64,000 nucleotides of DNA from Acidimicrobiales bacterium (lineage in GTDB: Bacteria > Actinomycetota > Acidimicrobiia > Acidimicrobiales > Ilumatobacteraceae): positions 159,416 through 223,415 of the forward strand of contig JBBRPP010000002.1 in the NCBI GenBank assembly GCA_038227995.1, given 5' to 3'. The notes under the pieces were generated by a model that saw only the letters and a program-made list of their open reading frames with translations, was not told the DNA's origin and ran no database searches. Made by a program: the position numbers and the translations under genes. Positions 1 through 10,600 of the stretch are shown in pieces. Each line of letters begins with the position of its first letter. The first letter of the stretch is position 1.

Positions 1-3000
1 CGGGTCCTGTGAACGGTCGACCGACTTCGCGATCTGGATCGATCCGACCTGTGTGAGCTGAATCGTGTGGTCGTCGGATCGCATCGTCAGCGATGTGATG
101 TCGCCGTCGGCGCGGACCTCGCTGTAGTTCGTCACGGCCGTCCCGTTCGGGGCGAGCGCGTTCGTGTCGGTGCACACCCGGATCGGCGGGATCGCGACGT
201 TGACCGGAAGGTCACCCAATTGGTACGTGAGCCGGGTGGAGCCCACCTGCGCACCGTTCAGTCCGGTGTTCGCTTCGACGAGCGCTGGCAGGATCGTGAC
301 GGTCGAAGGTGTGTTGTTGAGCGCGGTGGTACATGCCGCGTTGTACGTCGTGTTCGGCGGCAGCACGTCGATGACGCGCACGTTGCCGGCGATCTGCGTC
401 GATGGGACGAGCGTGGTCTGAACGGCGGGGATCATCTCCCACACGATCGGTGTCCCGGCAATGACCGATGTCGTCGCGCCGACAGCGGTTGCCGGGCTAA
501 TGGTGTGCTTTTGAATGCGTGTCGAGAACCGGACAAGTGTGACCCGATCGCCGTCGCCGGCGTTGAACAGCGGTGACGGCACGTACGCCGGGTTGCGCCA
601 CTGGCCGGCACTCCCCCCACCGTTGAATGCGACGTTGTCAGCCTTGACCAGGCCGTAGTTCGCGTCGACGGTTCCCGCCGGGATGGCTTCACCGGTGTGC
701 GGGCCGCCGCTGAACGTGTCCCGGATCTTCATCGGGACCAGCAGGCGCGCGTAGCCGGACGGCGGCATCGAGAACGTCGGATCGACCGGGACCGCACGCA
801 CGGCGTTGATCGCGTCGATGCCGCCGGGTACCGACGCGGGAGTCGTGAACCAGCCGTCGGGCGCGCTGGCGTCATTGCACCGTGCCGCCTTCTGTCCGCT
901 CCACACGCCTTCGAAGCGACCGGTCGATGTGGAGTAGGTGTCGACACCCGGGTAGATGGTGGAGTCGATCACGCCGGAGGCGGCGACACGGGCAGCGTTG
1001 TACAGCGGGTCGTCACCCACGACCGGGACGTGGGCGTATTCGACGCGCCAGTTGGCCGGCCACGCTTGCGAGAACACCGAGCTGTAGCTGCCGTCGAGGC
1101 CGTTGTAGCGCGAGATGTACGCGTACGTTGCGGCAGCAATCGCCGGGGTCAGTGATATCGCGCCCGCGATCCGGACGTGGTCGGCGGTGGCCAGCTGAAA
1201 CACGGTGTTGTCGAAGACGTCGCAGACTCCCGGGTTCACCAATGCCGCGCCGCCGTTGTTCTGAAAGCTGACCATGCCCGCCGCATAGTCGGACGCTTCG
1301 ATCATTCCAGCACCATCATGGCCAGTCGCCGCACCCGGACTGGTCGTCCAGCTCGACCAGTTGTCGACCCGGTACACCTCGTACTTCGACATCGCGCCCG
1401 TCGTCGACAACGTGAACGTGGTCGGACCGACTGCGTTGTTCGAACGACTGCCGTTGGACATCAGGTCGCAACTGGTTCCGTCGGCGGTGCAGTAGCCCGG
1501 CTCGACCCCGGCACCGTAGTTCGACCCGCCCGATGCGCTGGTCGGGTCGAACCCGCCGAGCTTGTTCGACAGCTGAATCTGCCCGTTGCCGTTGACGGTG
1601 CCGTCGGCGGCGTCGATGGTGCGGAACGGAATGAACACCTGGACGCGTTGCTCGATGTCGATGAACGGTCCCGCCGTCAGATCCTGGCCGCCGATGGTGC
1701 GCGTCGGAAAGCGTGTCGCGGACAGATCGGCACCGCTGATCGACAGCGAGTACTGCGACGTGTTGTCGGTCGGAGTCGACCGGGTGCGAGTACAGGTTCC
1801 GGAGTTCGCCACGTGTTCGGTGGGCCACGCATACGTGGGGGAAGCGTTGATCGTGTCGGCGCCGAACACCGCGTCGCCCCAACCGGTGGTGGGGTTCGGC
1901 AGGCAGCCCAGGAAATAGAACTCGAAACCTGGGTAGGGCGTGACGCCATCGGCCTTGTTCGCAGTGAGGATGTCGTTCATCACGATCGGCTGCTGGATCG
2001 CTTCGACGCCGACCTTCTGTTCCTGGGTGATGCGAATCAGGAAGTAGGTGTTGTAGCCGTTCAGGTTCTCGCACGGGGTTGCCGGGACGCCGTCGGTGTC
2101 GATGCACTGGATCTGCTGGTCGGCGTTGCGGAACGGCAACTTCACCAAGTCGTACGCGGGTCGTGCCGAGCCGATGATCGGCCCCACCGACGGACCGGTC
2201 TGCGGGATGGCCCGGTCGCCCTGCATGTACACCCGTTCGCCGGTCGAGAACGACGACCCGTTCGGGGACAGCGCCGACAGCTTCATCGATGTCGTGACCG
2301 ATTCCTGCTGCCCTTCGGCGAACGGTCCGAGGTTGCAGCGCAACGTCGTCTGACCCGCCGCGGGTGTGTTCAGCAGGATCGCCGACGCGGGACTGCCGGT
2401 GCCCCCGGTGCCCTGCGGTGGGGCCAGGCACGAGGCCGGGATCTGGCTGAACGTGACGATCGCACCCGCGGTCGGGGTGATCACCTGGTCGAAGTAGACG
2501 TCACCCCAACTCGATGTTCCGGGTTCGAAGTTGTCGGCAGTCACTGACCAGATCGTGGTGAGGGTGTCGCCGGTACGGAGTTGGCCGTTCGAATCGCCGC
2601 AATCATCGCCGGGCGGTGCCGACGCGGTGGGTGAGGCACAGGTGCCGGTGGTGTTGAACGGCCCCGACCCGTCGATCTGTCCCGGTCCGAAGAATCCGAG
2701 GCCGAGCTCGACGCGGGGCCGGATCGCCGCGTCGACCGATTGCCCGGGCGCGATGCCAGCAGCTTGACCGGTGGGGATTGCGGCGCCGGTGAGGATGAAG
2801 TCCTGATCGGCTCCCGTGTAGCCGGGGAACGGCGCGGCCGAGATCGTCCAGTTCGACGGATCCGGCCACACGGTCGCGTCACGAACGATGGTCACCCGGA
2901 ACGGTCCGTCGGCGGCGCTCAGGCCGGAGAACGAGTAGAGGCCCGAAGCGGGCGTCGTCGTCTGCCCGACCTGAACGTTCGCGGCGTTGAACAGGGTGAC

Positions 3001-3186
3001 GGTCATCCCGTTCAATCCGGGTTCACTCGGATCGTTGACACCGTCGGCGTCGACGTCTTTCCAGACGCGTCCGTTGATCTCATTGGCCGCGGCCGCGGGG
3101 GTTGGTGAGGATGCTGCCACCAGGTCGGGAACGGTCAGCGTGAGCGTTGCCGTCGCGGCGACGATGGCCACCGCCGCAGTGCACAT
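1..3186 (-). CDS. Large secreted protein, C-terminally truncated by the window edge (>1060 codons). Signal peptide, then an SdrD-B/Cna B-type domain, then a long unassigned region.
   Basis: Hand translation of the minus frame with codon tops at multiples of 3 is open from 3186 down to position 1. Segments 3186-2401, 1560-1501 and 60-1 were checked; the rest is inferred from the absence of any listed ORF in that frame. N-terminus reads ...HQRIRSLMCTAAVAIVAATATLTLTVPDLVAASS (signal peptide), then EINGRVWKDVDADGVNDPSEPGLNGMTVTLFNAANVQVGQTTTPASGLYSFSGL (Cna B-type). ATG at 3186; an alternative in-frame GTG at 3267 has AGGAAG 3 nt upstream. Not in the ORF track because no stop falls inside the window. 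Confidence 0.6.
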   Translation of the reverse strand, partial: MCTAAVAIVAATATLTLTVPDLVAASSPTPAAAANEINGRVWKDVDADGVNDPSEPGLNGMTVTLFNAANVQVGQTTTPASGLYSFSGLSAADGPFRVTIVRDATVWPDPSNWTISAAPFPGYTGADQDFILTGAAIPTGQAAGIAPGQSVDAAIRPRVELGLGFFGPGQIDGSGPFNTTGTCASPTASAPPGDDCGDSNGQLRTGDTLTTIWSVTADNFEPGTSSWGDVYFDQVITPTAGAIVTFSQIPASCLAPPQGTGGTGSPASAILLNTPAAGQTTLRCNLGPFAEGQQESVTTSMKLSALSPNGSSFSTGERVYMQGDRAIPQTGPSVGPIIGSARPAYDLVKLPFRNADQQIQCIDTDGVPATPCENLNGYNTYFLIRITQEQKVGVEAIQQPIVMNDILTANKADGVTPYPGFEFYFLGCLPNPTTGWGDAVFGADTINASPTYAWPTEHVANSGTCTRTRSTPTDNTSQYSLSISGADLSATRFPTRTIGGQDLTAGPFIDIEQRVQVFIPFRTIDAADGTVNGNGQIQLSNKLGGFDPTSASGGSNYGAGVEPGYCTADGTSCDLMSNGSRSNNAVGPTTFTLSTTGAMSKYEVYRVDNWSSWTTSPGAATGHDGAGMIEASDYAAGMVSFQNNGGAALVNPGVCDVFDNTVFQLATADHVRIAGAISLTPAIAAATYAYISRYNGLDGSYSSVFSQAWPANWRVEYAHVPVVGDDPLYNAARVAASGVIDSTIYPGVDTYSTSTGRFEGVWSGQKAARCNDASAPDGWFTTPASVPGGIDAINAVRAVPVDPTFSMPPSGYARLLVPMKIRDTFSGGPHTGEAIPAGTVDANYGLVKADNVAFNGGGSAGQWRNPAYVPSPLFNAGDGDRVTLVRFSTRIQKHTISPATAVGATTSVIAGTPIVWEMIPAVQTTLVPSTQIAGNVRVIDVLPPNTTYNAACTTALNNTPSTVTILPALVEANTGLNGAQVGSTRLTYQLGDLPVNVAIPPIRVCTDTNALAPNGTAVTNYSEVRADGDITSLTMRSDDHTIQLTQVGSIQIAKSVDRSQDP

Positions 3187-3399
3187 CAAGGATCTGATGC
3201 GTTGATGCGCCGCGAGCGCGGTGGCTGCGGATGCGCGAAGGACCGCGCCGTTGATTCGAATGGTCACAACTTCCTGCTCATTGGTGGGGGGTGTCGTCGT
3301 GACGACTCGTGAATGAAGGGCCGGTGGCGCAGACACGCGGGGAGAAAGCGCGATCCGTGCCGGAGCAGTGCAGTCTGCGGGGACTTCCCGTGACCGCTT

Positions 3400-3417
3400 T
3401 CATCCGATTCGGGTGAT
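3400..3417 (+). promoter_or_regulatory. Candidate operator motif TCATCCGATTCGGGTGAT (copy A), 41 nt upstream of the LAL regulator ATG.
   Basis: 17/18 identical to a second copy at 7583..7600. Imperfect inverted repeat ATCA-N2-CGA|TCG-N2-TGAT. Confidence 0.4.
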
Positions 3418-3458
3418 TTCCCGCGATCAAGTCTGCGGTTGGCTGGTCGGATGTCACG

Positions 3459-5696
3459 ATGTCTCTGGAACGGCGGCTCGTGGCACAGCACGGCGACACA
3501 TCGGTGCTCCGTTCACCACCGCGTGCGGATGCCGACGTCCGGGGGGACGTCGAAGTGAGTCAGGAACACCATCCGCCCACCATCCGCAGAACCCGATTGA
3601 TCCGGCGCCTGACCGAATCTCAGCGATGCCGGATCGTGCTGGTTCGAGCCGGTGCCGGCTATGGCAAGAGCACGCTGATGGATCAATGGTGTTCGACGAT
3701 CGCGGGGCGCCCCGTCGTCAGAATCGCGCTCACGGAGATCGACGACAGCGTCCACCGATTCGGCCTCAGGCTCGTCAACGCTCTGTCCGCGCAGATCGAT
3801 CTGCCGATCGCGATCCAACGCCTTGCTTCGGCTTCGTCACCCGACTGGCTCCGAACGATCCTTCCGAACCTGATCGACGCGTTGGCGGACACGGACGTCA
3901 CGCTGGTGATCGACGACGTGCACGAGTTGACCAGTGCAGACGCCGTCCAGGTGCTGCAGGGATTGTGCCGTCTGTGGCCGTCACGAGGTCAGCTCGTACT
4001 GGTCGGCCGCTCGATGGAACATCTGCGCCTGGCGCGCCTGCTGTCGGACAACTCGACGCTGATCCTCGACGAGGGCGACCTGACGTTCGATCGAGATGAG
4101 ATGGGCTCGCTCCTCGATCACGGCGGAAGGCCCATCACGGTTGATCGGGCGTTGGCGCAGACGGGGGGCTGGCCGACCGGAGTCCGCTTCGCCTATCTGG
4201 CCTCCGGCGGCAATTCGGCTGCACAACGAACGTCGTGGAGCGTGGGCGACTACATCGACGAGGAACTCCTGTCCGATCTGTCGGCGGCAGAACTCGAGCT
4301 CATCGAGGACATCGCCGCGATCGAACCCGTGACGTCGTCAGCGTTGCAACGAATCCTCGCTCGTGACGACGTCGGTTGGATGGTGACGTCCCTGATCGGG
4401 AAGCGGCTGCCGATGGTCCTCACCACGAAGGTCGCCGGCGATATCGAGATTCGGCTGCACGCATTGCTACGCGACCATCTGCTCGGTCACCTCGAACGGC
4501 GCGATCCGAATCGTCGCGTGCGGCTTGCGAAGCGGGCGGCGGCGATGTGTCGCGACGCCGGCGATCTCGATCGGGCGTTTCAATATCTCACGCGCATCGG
4601 TGACAAGAAGCGAACGGCGATATTCGTCTTCGCCCAATGCTCGCCTCTGGTGATGAACGGTGATTCCGCGACGGTGCGGCGATGGTTGAACCATTTCACC
4701 GTCGCCGACGCGACCGAAGACCCGATCATCGCCATCTGCGAACTCGTGCTGCTGTCTGCCGAGGGCGATCTGCGCACGTTGCCTTTCTGGCTCGAACTGG
4801 CTGACCGCCCCGACGTCGGACCGATGCCAGACGGTTCTGCGAACGCATCGGTGATCGCGCATCGCTTGCGAAACGCGTTCGGCTTCGAGCCGTACGCCGG
4901 GCCCGAACGGGTCGACGAAGTCGGGCGTTTCGACGCCTTCTGGGTCGCTGAACTGTTGGGGAAGTCAGTCAAAGCGCGAGCACACGGACATCCGGCGGAG
5001 GCCGAGCAGATGCTTCGAATCATTGCGCCGGCAGCCGCGCAATTCGGGTACATGAACGCGCTCCGACTCGGGATGCTGGCCGAACTCGCAGCCGAGGCAG
5101 GGCGTTGGAGCGACGGCCAGCCGCTCCTCGATGCTGCGTTGTACGAACTCGAACGGCATCGGCTGTTCGACAACCCGATGGTGTTCAGCGTCGATGCCAC
5201 CCATGCCTGGTACGCCATGCACGCCGGGGACAGCGCTCGCGCCGCACGGCAGTTGGCCATCGCCCGCCGGAAGATGATCGACCTCGGTGATGGCGGTCGG
5301 ATGCGGCGCCTGATGGCGGTGATCGTGCTGACCCGGGTCAGCACCTGGCTCGGCGATCTCGGCCTGGCCAAACTCCTCGGCCTCGAAGCCACTCGATTGG
5401 TTCGCGACCGATATCCCACCGCGAACGGCACGGCGTTGCAGCTGTCCGAAGTGTTGTCCAGGCTGCGCACAGGAGATCCGACCCCTACTGCGGTCGGCGA
5501 GACGTTGACGGCCTCGGAGATGCGCGTCCTCAGCTACCTCCGCTCACATCTGACGATCCCCGAGATCGCCGGCGCGCTCCATCGATCACCGAACACCGTC
5601 AAGACGCAGACCCACTCCGTCTACCAAAAGTTGGGGGCGTCGACTCGCAGCGAGGCGGTCGCCACGGCCCGATCGCTGGGCCTGCTCCTCGACTGA
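3459..5696 (+). CDS. LuxR-family transcriptional regulator with N-terminal ATPase (LAL/MalT-like).
   Basis: Walker A LVRAGAGYGKSTL near the N-terminus. C-terminal LuxR HTH: SEMRVLSYLRSHLTIPEIAGALHRSPNTVKTQTHSVYQKLGASTRSEAVATARSLGLL. ATG verified at 3459. Confidence 0.85.
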   Translation: MSLERRLVAQHGDTSVLRSPPRADADVRGDVEVSQEHHPPTIRRTRLIRRLTESQRCRIVLVRAGAGYGKSTLMDQWCSTIAGRPVVRIALTEIDDSVHRFGLRLVNALSAQIDLPIAIQRLASASSPDWLRTILPNLIDALADTDVTLVIDDVHELTSADAVQVLQGLCRLWPSRGQLVLVGRSMEHLRLARLLSDNSTLILDEGDLTFDRDEMGSLLDHGGRPITVDRALAQTGGWPTGVRFAYLASGGNSAAQRTSWSVGDYIDEELLSDLSAAELELIEDIAAIEPVTSSALQRILARDDVGWMVTSLIGKRLPMVLTTKVAGDIEIRLHALLRDHLLGHLERRDPNRRVRLAKRAAAMCRDAGDLDRAFQYLTRIGDKKRTAIFVFAQCSPLVMNGDSATVRRWLNHFTVADATEDPIIAICELVLLSAEGDLRTLPFWLELADRPDVGPMPDGSANASVIAHRLRNAFGFEPYAGPERVDEVGRFDAFWVAELLGKSVKARAHGHPAEAEQMLRIIAPAAAQFGYMNALRLGMLAELAAEAGRWSDGQPLLDAALYELERHRLFDNPMVFSVDATHAWYAMHAGDSARAARQLAIARRKMIDLGDGGRMRRLMAVIVLTRVSTWLGDLGLAKLLGLEATRLVRDRYPTANGTALQLSEVLSRLRTGDPTPTAVGETLTASEMRVLSYLRSHLTIPEIAGALHRSPNTVKTQTHSVYQKLGASTRSEAVATARSLGLLLD

Positions 5697-5797
5697 CCGC
5701 GGAACAGTTTGTCGATGGATCTGACATCTGGGCGTCACCATCGTCGTTCTCGTCCGTCTGAAGTGCAGGTGCGCGGGCACCGCCAGACGGGGGCAGG

Positions 5798-6883
5798 ATG
5801 CACCACGACGAGAAATCGATGGGACGCGCGCTGTCGCGTCGCCAGATACTGAAGATCGCGGCCGCCGGCTCATTGGGCGTCGCAGCGAGCATCGATCCGT
5901 TCGGGACGGCGACCTCGGCGACAGACACACCCTCGCTGTCGCAGTCCGCGACCGCAGCTCAACAGGCGGAACGGCTCCAGCCGCCGCAGAGTCACGCACC
6001 GGTCTGGTGGCCGCAGCTGTGGCGGCCTGGTGATCTGATCCGCGACGGCGACCCGACTGGGCCCAAGATCGTCACCATCACCTCCGACGACGGGCCGTGG
6101 CCGCGCAACACGCAGACGATGATGAACCACATGCGCGACGCAGGGCTGGAGACAGACGGCGGTCTGATCCAGTTCTTCATGGTCGCCAACAACCTCGCGG
6201 CCTTCCCCGATGTTGGTCGCGAGGTGCTCGATCGCGGGTACGGCATCGGCAATCACAGCCTGACTCATGCCACGTATCGCCCCGCCGGCATCGCAGCCGA
6301 GATCTCACCGGCCCAGGATCTGTTCGATTCGATCCTCGGTTACCGACCTCGCTACTTCCGCTCACCCGGCCTGACGCAGGGCGCCGTCATCCAGCGCGAA
6401 CTCGAACGGCTGTCGATGGCCAACGTCTTCACGTCGGTCGATCTCCACGACTCTGCGATGCCACGGATCTCGTCCCAACAAATCGTTGCCAACGTCGCCC
6501 GCAGCCTGCATCCCGGCTACCTGATGCTCATCCACGACGGCGGATCTCACACCAACACGGTCGCCGCACTGCCGGCCATCATCGGCGCGATCCGCGATCA
6601 CGGGTATGACATCGTGCGCCTCGACGAACTGCTCGCCACCGGGATCTGTCAACGAACCTCGATCGAGCGCGAACGCACCCGCGCCGAGATCGCGGCCGAC
6701 GAAGCCGCGCTCGGCTCCGACGAGTTCGCCGATGTCGTCGTCGAACTGCGCACGTACCTCGAACTCAGCCGGCGCCTCTCCGCTGCGCGACGTCAGTCGA
6801 TCGAGCAGGCGATCGCCCGGGCGCGGGCCACGCAGGACACCGAGCGACCGTGGGCCGACGGCCACGACGGGACACCGCAATGA
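5798..6883 (+). CDS. Polysaccharide deacetylase (NodB-homology domain) with Tat signal peptide.
   Basis: Twin-arginine motif SRRQILKIAAAGSLGVAAS. NodB core TITSDDGPWPRN...GIGNHSLTHATY...LIHDGG. ATG at 5798. Confidence 0.8.
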   Translation: MHHDEKSMGRALSRRQILKIAAAGSLGVAASIDPFGTATSATDTPSLSQSATAAQQAERLQPPQSHAPVWWPQLWRPGDLIRDGDPTGPKIVTITSDDGPWPRNTQTMMNHMRDAGLETDGGLIQFFMVANNLAAFPDVGREVLDRGYGIGNHSLTHATYRPAGIAAEISPAQDLFDSILGYRPRYFRSPGLTQGAVIQRELERLSMANVFTSVDLHDSAMPRISSQQIVANVARSLHPGYLMLIHDGGSHTNTVAALPAIIGAIRDHGYDIVRLDELLATGICQRTSIERERTRAEIAADEAALGSDEFADVVVELRTYLELSRRLSAARRQSIEQAIARARATQDTERPWADGHDGTPQ

Positions 6884-6898
6884 TGCGGGATCAGGCCA

Positions 6899-7495
6899 TC
6901 ACCCGACGATTGCCGCAAGTGCCGACACGGTGATGGCCGTCGCCACGGCGACCGATTGACGGCGCCGATAGCGCAGCTGGTTCCAATGGGCCCAACTGCT
7001 GACGACGGCGACCGCCTCACGCGCGGCGTCGCCGCTGCGAGTTCCGCAGCCTGGCAGTTCAGCAGCGAACAAGTCGGTGGCCGCCAGGGCACAGGCGGCC
7101 TCGAACGTGCCGATCACGTCGTCGAGCTCTGCAACCTCGGCCGCGCGGCGCACCATCGTCAGATCTTCGTACAGCACGGCTCGGGTCGCCACGAGCATTC
7201 CGACGCGCCGCTTGAGGCTGGCTTGGACAGAGACGGGACCGACCGTGTCGGAGGTGAACCGACCGAACTCGCGCGACACGGCCGACGTCGCCAGGTATCG
7301 CATCGAGCCGAAGTGCTCGAACACCGTCCGCAGTCCGATGCCGGCTTGGTGCGCGACCTGCCCGCCGGTGGGTGACAGGTCTCCGAACTCGACGACCGAG
7401 ACCCACGCATCGATGATGTCTGACTGGGTCCGGGCCGAGCGTTCTCGTCGACGATCCAAGCCTGTGGTGGCTGCCTTCATGGTCTCCTCCTGCAA
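6899..7495 (-). CDS. TetR-family transcriptional regulator.
   Basis: N-terminal TetR HTH-like segment (RSARTQSDIIDAWVSVVEFGDLSPTGGQVAHQAGIGLRTVFEHFGSM). ~195 aa. Lies immediately downstream of the giant adhesin gene. Confidence 0.75.
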   Translation of the reverse strand: MQEETMKAATTGLDRRRERSARTQSDIIDAWVSVVEFGDLSPTGGQVAHQAGIGLRTVFEHFGSMRYLATSAVSREFGRFTSDTVGPVSVQASLKRRVGMLVATRAVLYEDLTMVRRAAEVAELDDVIGTFEAACALAATDLFAAELPGCGTRSGDAAREAVAVVSSWAHWNQLRYRRRQSVAVATAITVSALAAIVG

Positions 7496-7582
7496 TTGAG
7501 ACGAAGTGAACGAGCGGGATCACGGACCAGTTGCGGCCCAATGTCCCTGCATCCACTCTGAAGCGATCGCACGGGTTGCGCA

Positions 7583-7600
7583 TCATTCGATTCGGGTGAT
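7583..7600 (+). promoter_or_regulatory. Candidate operator motif TCATTCGATTCGGGTGAT (copy B), in the TetR promoter region and 38 nt past the adhesin stop.
   Basis: 17/18 identical to copy A at 3400..3417. Confidence 0.4.
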
Positions 7601-7637
7601 GCGAGCGGGCCGCCACCGCGTGGACGAGTTCGTCGAA

Positions 7638-10600
7638 CTACCTCCTCGCGACCGAACGTCGCCGGCGACTCACCGTCACCATCAGGGAACCCGCCGCGAG
7701 GAACCACGCGGCGAGGGCGAGCTCGACGATCGACGCCGTGCCGGTGGTCGGCAGCGATTCGATCGCGCTGACGATCGTCAGCGATGCCTGCGCATCGTTG
7801 TCGGTGGGTGTCGCCGACGTGTCGGTCGATGTGGTCGGTACCACGAGCGGATTGGTCTCGTTGACCTCGCCCGGCCCGGGGCTGATGAATGCCACGTTGT
7901 GCAGCGAGCCTGGCAGGGCCGACGCGATGGTGGCCACGACGGTGATGACCGGGCCGTCCGCGCCGCTGGCCAGACCAGCGATCGCGGTGCACGTCACGCC
8001 GTCGCAGGAGTAGCCGGTGCCAGTCATCGAGACGAGTCGGAGCCCGTCCGGCACGACCTCGGTCACGGACCAGCCGGGTAGTGCGTCGACGGGGCCGTTG
8101 TTGTGCGGTGTGAGAACGAAGGTCGTCGCCGTGCCGGCCACGAACGGGCCGCTTGACAACAGTGACTTCGACAGCGAGAGGTCGATCGACACGAGGCCGA
8201 GGTCGAGCGTGAGATCAGCCTGTCCTCCGGCCAGCACGACGCTGGTTGCCGTCACGCCGTTGGAATCGGTCGGCGCTGCGGGCGTGTCCTGTGACGTGGT
8301 CACGCTGAAGCCGTTCGGCAGGCCGCTGAACTTGACGACGTATTGCCCGGGCGGCAGATTGCCGAATCCGTACTTGCCGTTCGCATCCGTCGTTCGCGGT
8401 GCGACGGGGTTGCCGTCGACATCGATCGTGACCGGTGTGACGCCATCGGCCCGGTACAGCGTGACCGTGACGCCGGCGACGGGGATGTCGCTGGAGTCCT
8501 GGTGACCATCGCGGTTGACGTCGATCCACACGTAGTCTCCGACCGACACGGGCTGGTAGATGCCGGCGTCGATCGTGCGGTCGATGAACGGTGCCGTCAC
8601 CGTGTCAGCCGGGATCGACGGTGTCACGTTGTTCGACGCAGCCGGCGGTCCGAGCGTGAACGTCGCCGTCGTGCCCATCCCGTCGACGTTCGAGTCGACG
8701 GTGCGGTCCGGACCCGTTGTCGGTGTGGTGAACCGATATCCAGCGGGGAGGCCGAACGTCTCGTGGTAGTCGCCAGCCGGCAGGTTGTCGAAGTGGTAGT
8801 GGCCGCTGGCGTCGGTGCTGGTCGTCGCGACGACGTTGCCGGCCGCGTCGAACAGCGTGACCTTGTCACCTGGCACCGGCGCTTCGCCGGCGTCCTGGAT
8901 GCCGTTGTGGTTGGCGTCGATCCACACGAAGTCACCGACCGAGTACGACGCGATCAGCGACGTCTCCGAAGCGACTCCCGCCTGCGCGTTCACGGCTGCA
9001 GTGTTCGTCGTTGCGGGCAGCGTCTCGGCGTAGCTGTAGCAACCGGCAGCCACCAGCTTCTTCGACGCCGATGTCGTGTAGGTGCCGTCGCCGCTGATCG
9101 CCAGCGTTCCGGAGTCGAAGACCACGGCAGCTGCCCAGTTGACGCCTACGCAGGAGCCGCTGGTCACCGGCGGGACGGGACCGAAAAGCGTCCACACTGC
9201 TGCGATGTCGTGGCCCGCGGTGTTCGTCACGACGACGTCGTCCGTGAGCGTGACACCGATCGACGCGCTCTGCGCCGACGTCGTGGTGACCACGGTCGGA
9301 ACGTTGCGGCCGATCACGGTCGTCTCGCTGACGACACCGGGCTTCGTCGTCGGCACGGCGTTCGTGCCCGCCGAAGCGGTCAGACTCTCGGTGTACGTGT
9401 AGCAGCCCGCCGTTTTCAGCGGCATCGCCGGTGTCGTGGTCGTTCCGGAGCCCTTGACGAGGGTCACCGTGAACGAGCCTGTCGCGACTGTCGGAGCACC
9501 GACCCACGTGACCGAGGCGCAGCTGCCGTCGGCAGGTGCCACGGGCCCGAGCAAGGTCCAGGTTCCATCGAGCGATGAGCCCGCTCCTCCGGTGACGTTG
9601 ATCGTGTCGGAGATCTGCGCGCCGAGACCGGCCTGTTGGTTGGAGATGACCGTGGTCAAGGTCGGCGTCAGGGCACTGACGAGTGCCGTCTCGCTGACGA
9701 TGCCCGGAGTGGTGCTCGTCGCAGTCGTGATCGCGGTTGCCTCGAGCGAGTCGGTGAACGTGTAGCAGCCGGCAACCGTGAGCGGTTTCGTCGATGGGGT
9801 CGGGTACGTCCCATCGCCGGTGACGTCGAACGTCCCCGAGTCGAACGTTGCAGCCTTGGCCCACGACACAGCACCACACACACCCTCGCCGGGGGCGACG
9901 GGGCCGAGCAACGCCCACGATCCACTGGTCGCCGCACCATTCGTCCCGGTGACGACAACGCTGTCGGAAAGGGTCGACCCGACCGTCGTCGTTTGCGACG
10001 AGATCGTGGTCGTGAGTGCCGGAGTGCTGAGGCGGAGGATGCCGGCGTCGATCGTGCGGTCGATGAACGGCGCAGTCACGTTGTCGCCTGGGATCGATGC
10101 GGTGACGTGGTTTCCGCCCGCCGGAGCCCCGAGGACGAACGTCGGCGTGACGCCGGTCGAGGTGTCGGGGTTCGAGTCGTTCTGTGGTGTCGAGCCGCTG
10201 AGCGACTGACCCGTGAACTGGTAGCCGGTCGGCAGGTTGGAGAACGCCACCGAGTACGTCCCGGCTGGCAAGTTGTCGAAGTGGTACAGACCGTTGGCGT
10301 CGGTGGTGGTCGTACTCAGCGCTGCGCCAGTCGAGTCGCGCAGCTTCACGGTCACGCCCTTGACCGGCAGCTCACCGGTGTCCTGGATGCCATTGCCGTT
10401 CGTGTCGTACCAGGCGTAGTCGCCGACGGAGTAGGTGATCACCATCAACGCCGTTTCCGAGACCAGGCCCGGTGTCGTTGTCTTGACGGCCGTTGTCGTT
10501 GCCGTCGCCGGCAGGCCGTCGACGAACGTGTAGCAGCCGCCTGCGACGAGTGGCTTCGTCGACGAGGTCTTGTACGTGCCGTCACCTTTCACGGGGAACG

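Noticed and set aside
1177-2547. 456-aa plus-strand ORF and the overlapping minus ORF 1316..2431 (371 aa) in the first 3 kb
   Set aside because: Arg/Gly/Asp/His-rich translations typical of wrong-frame high-GC sequence. The genuine coding frame here is the unlisted minus frame 0 (secreted Cna-B protein).
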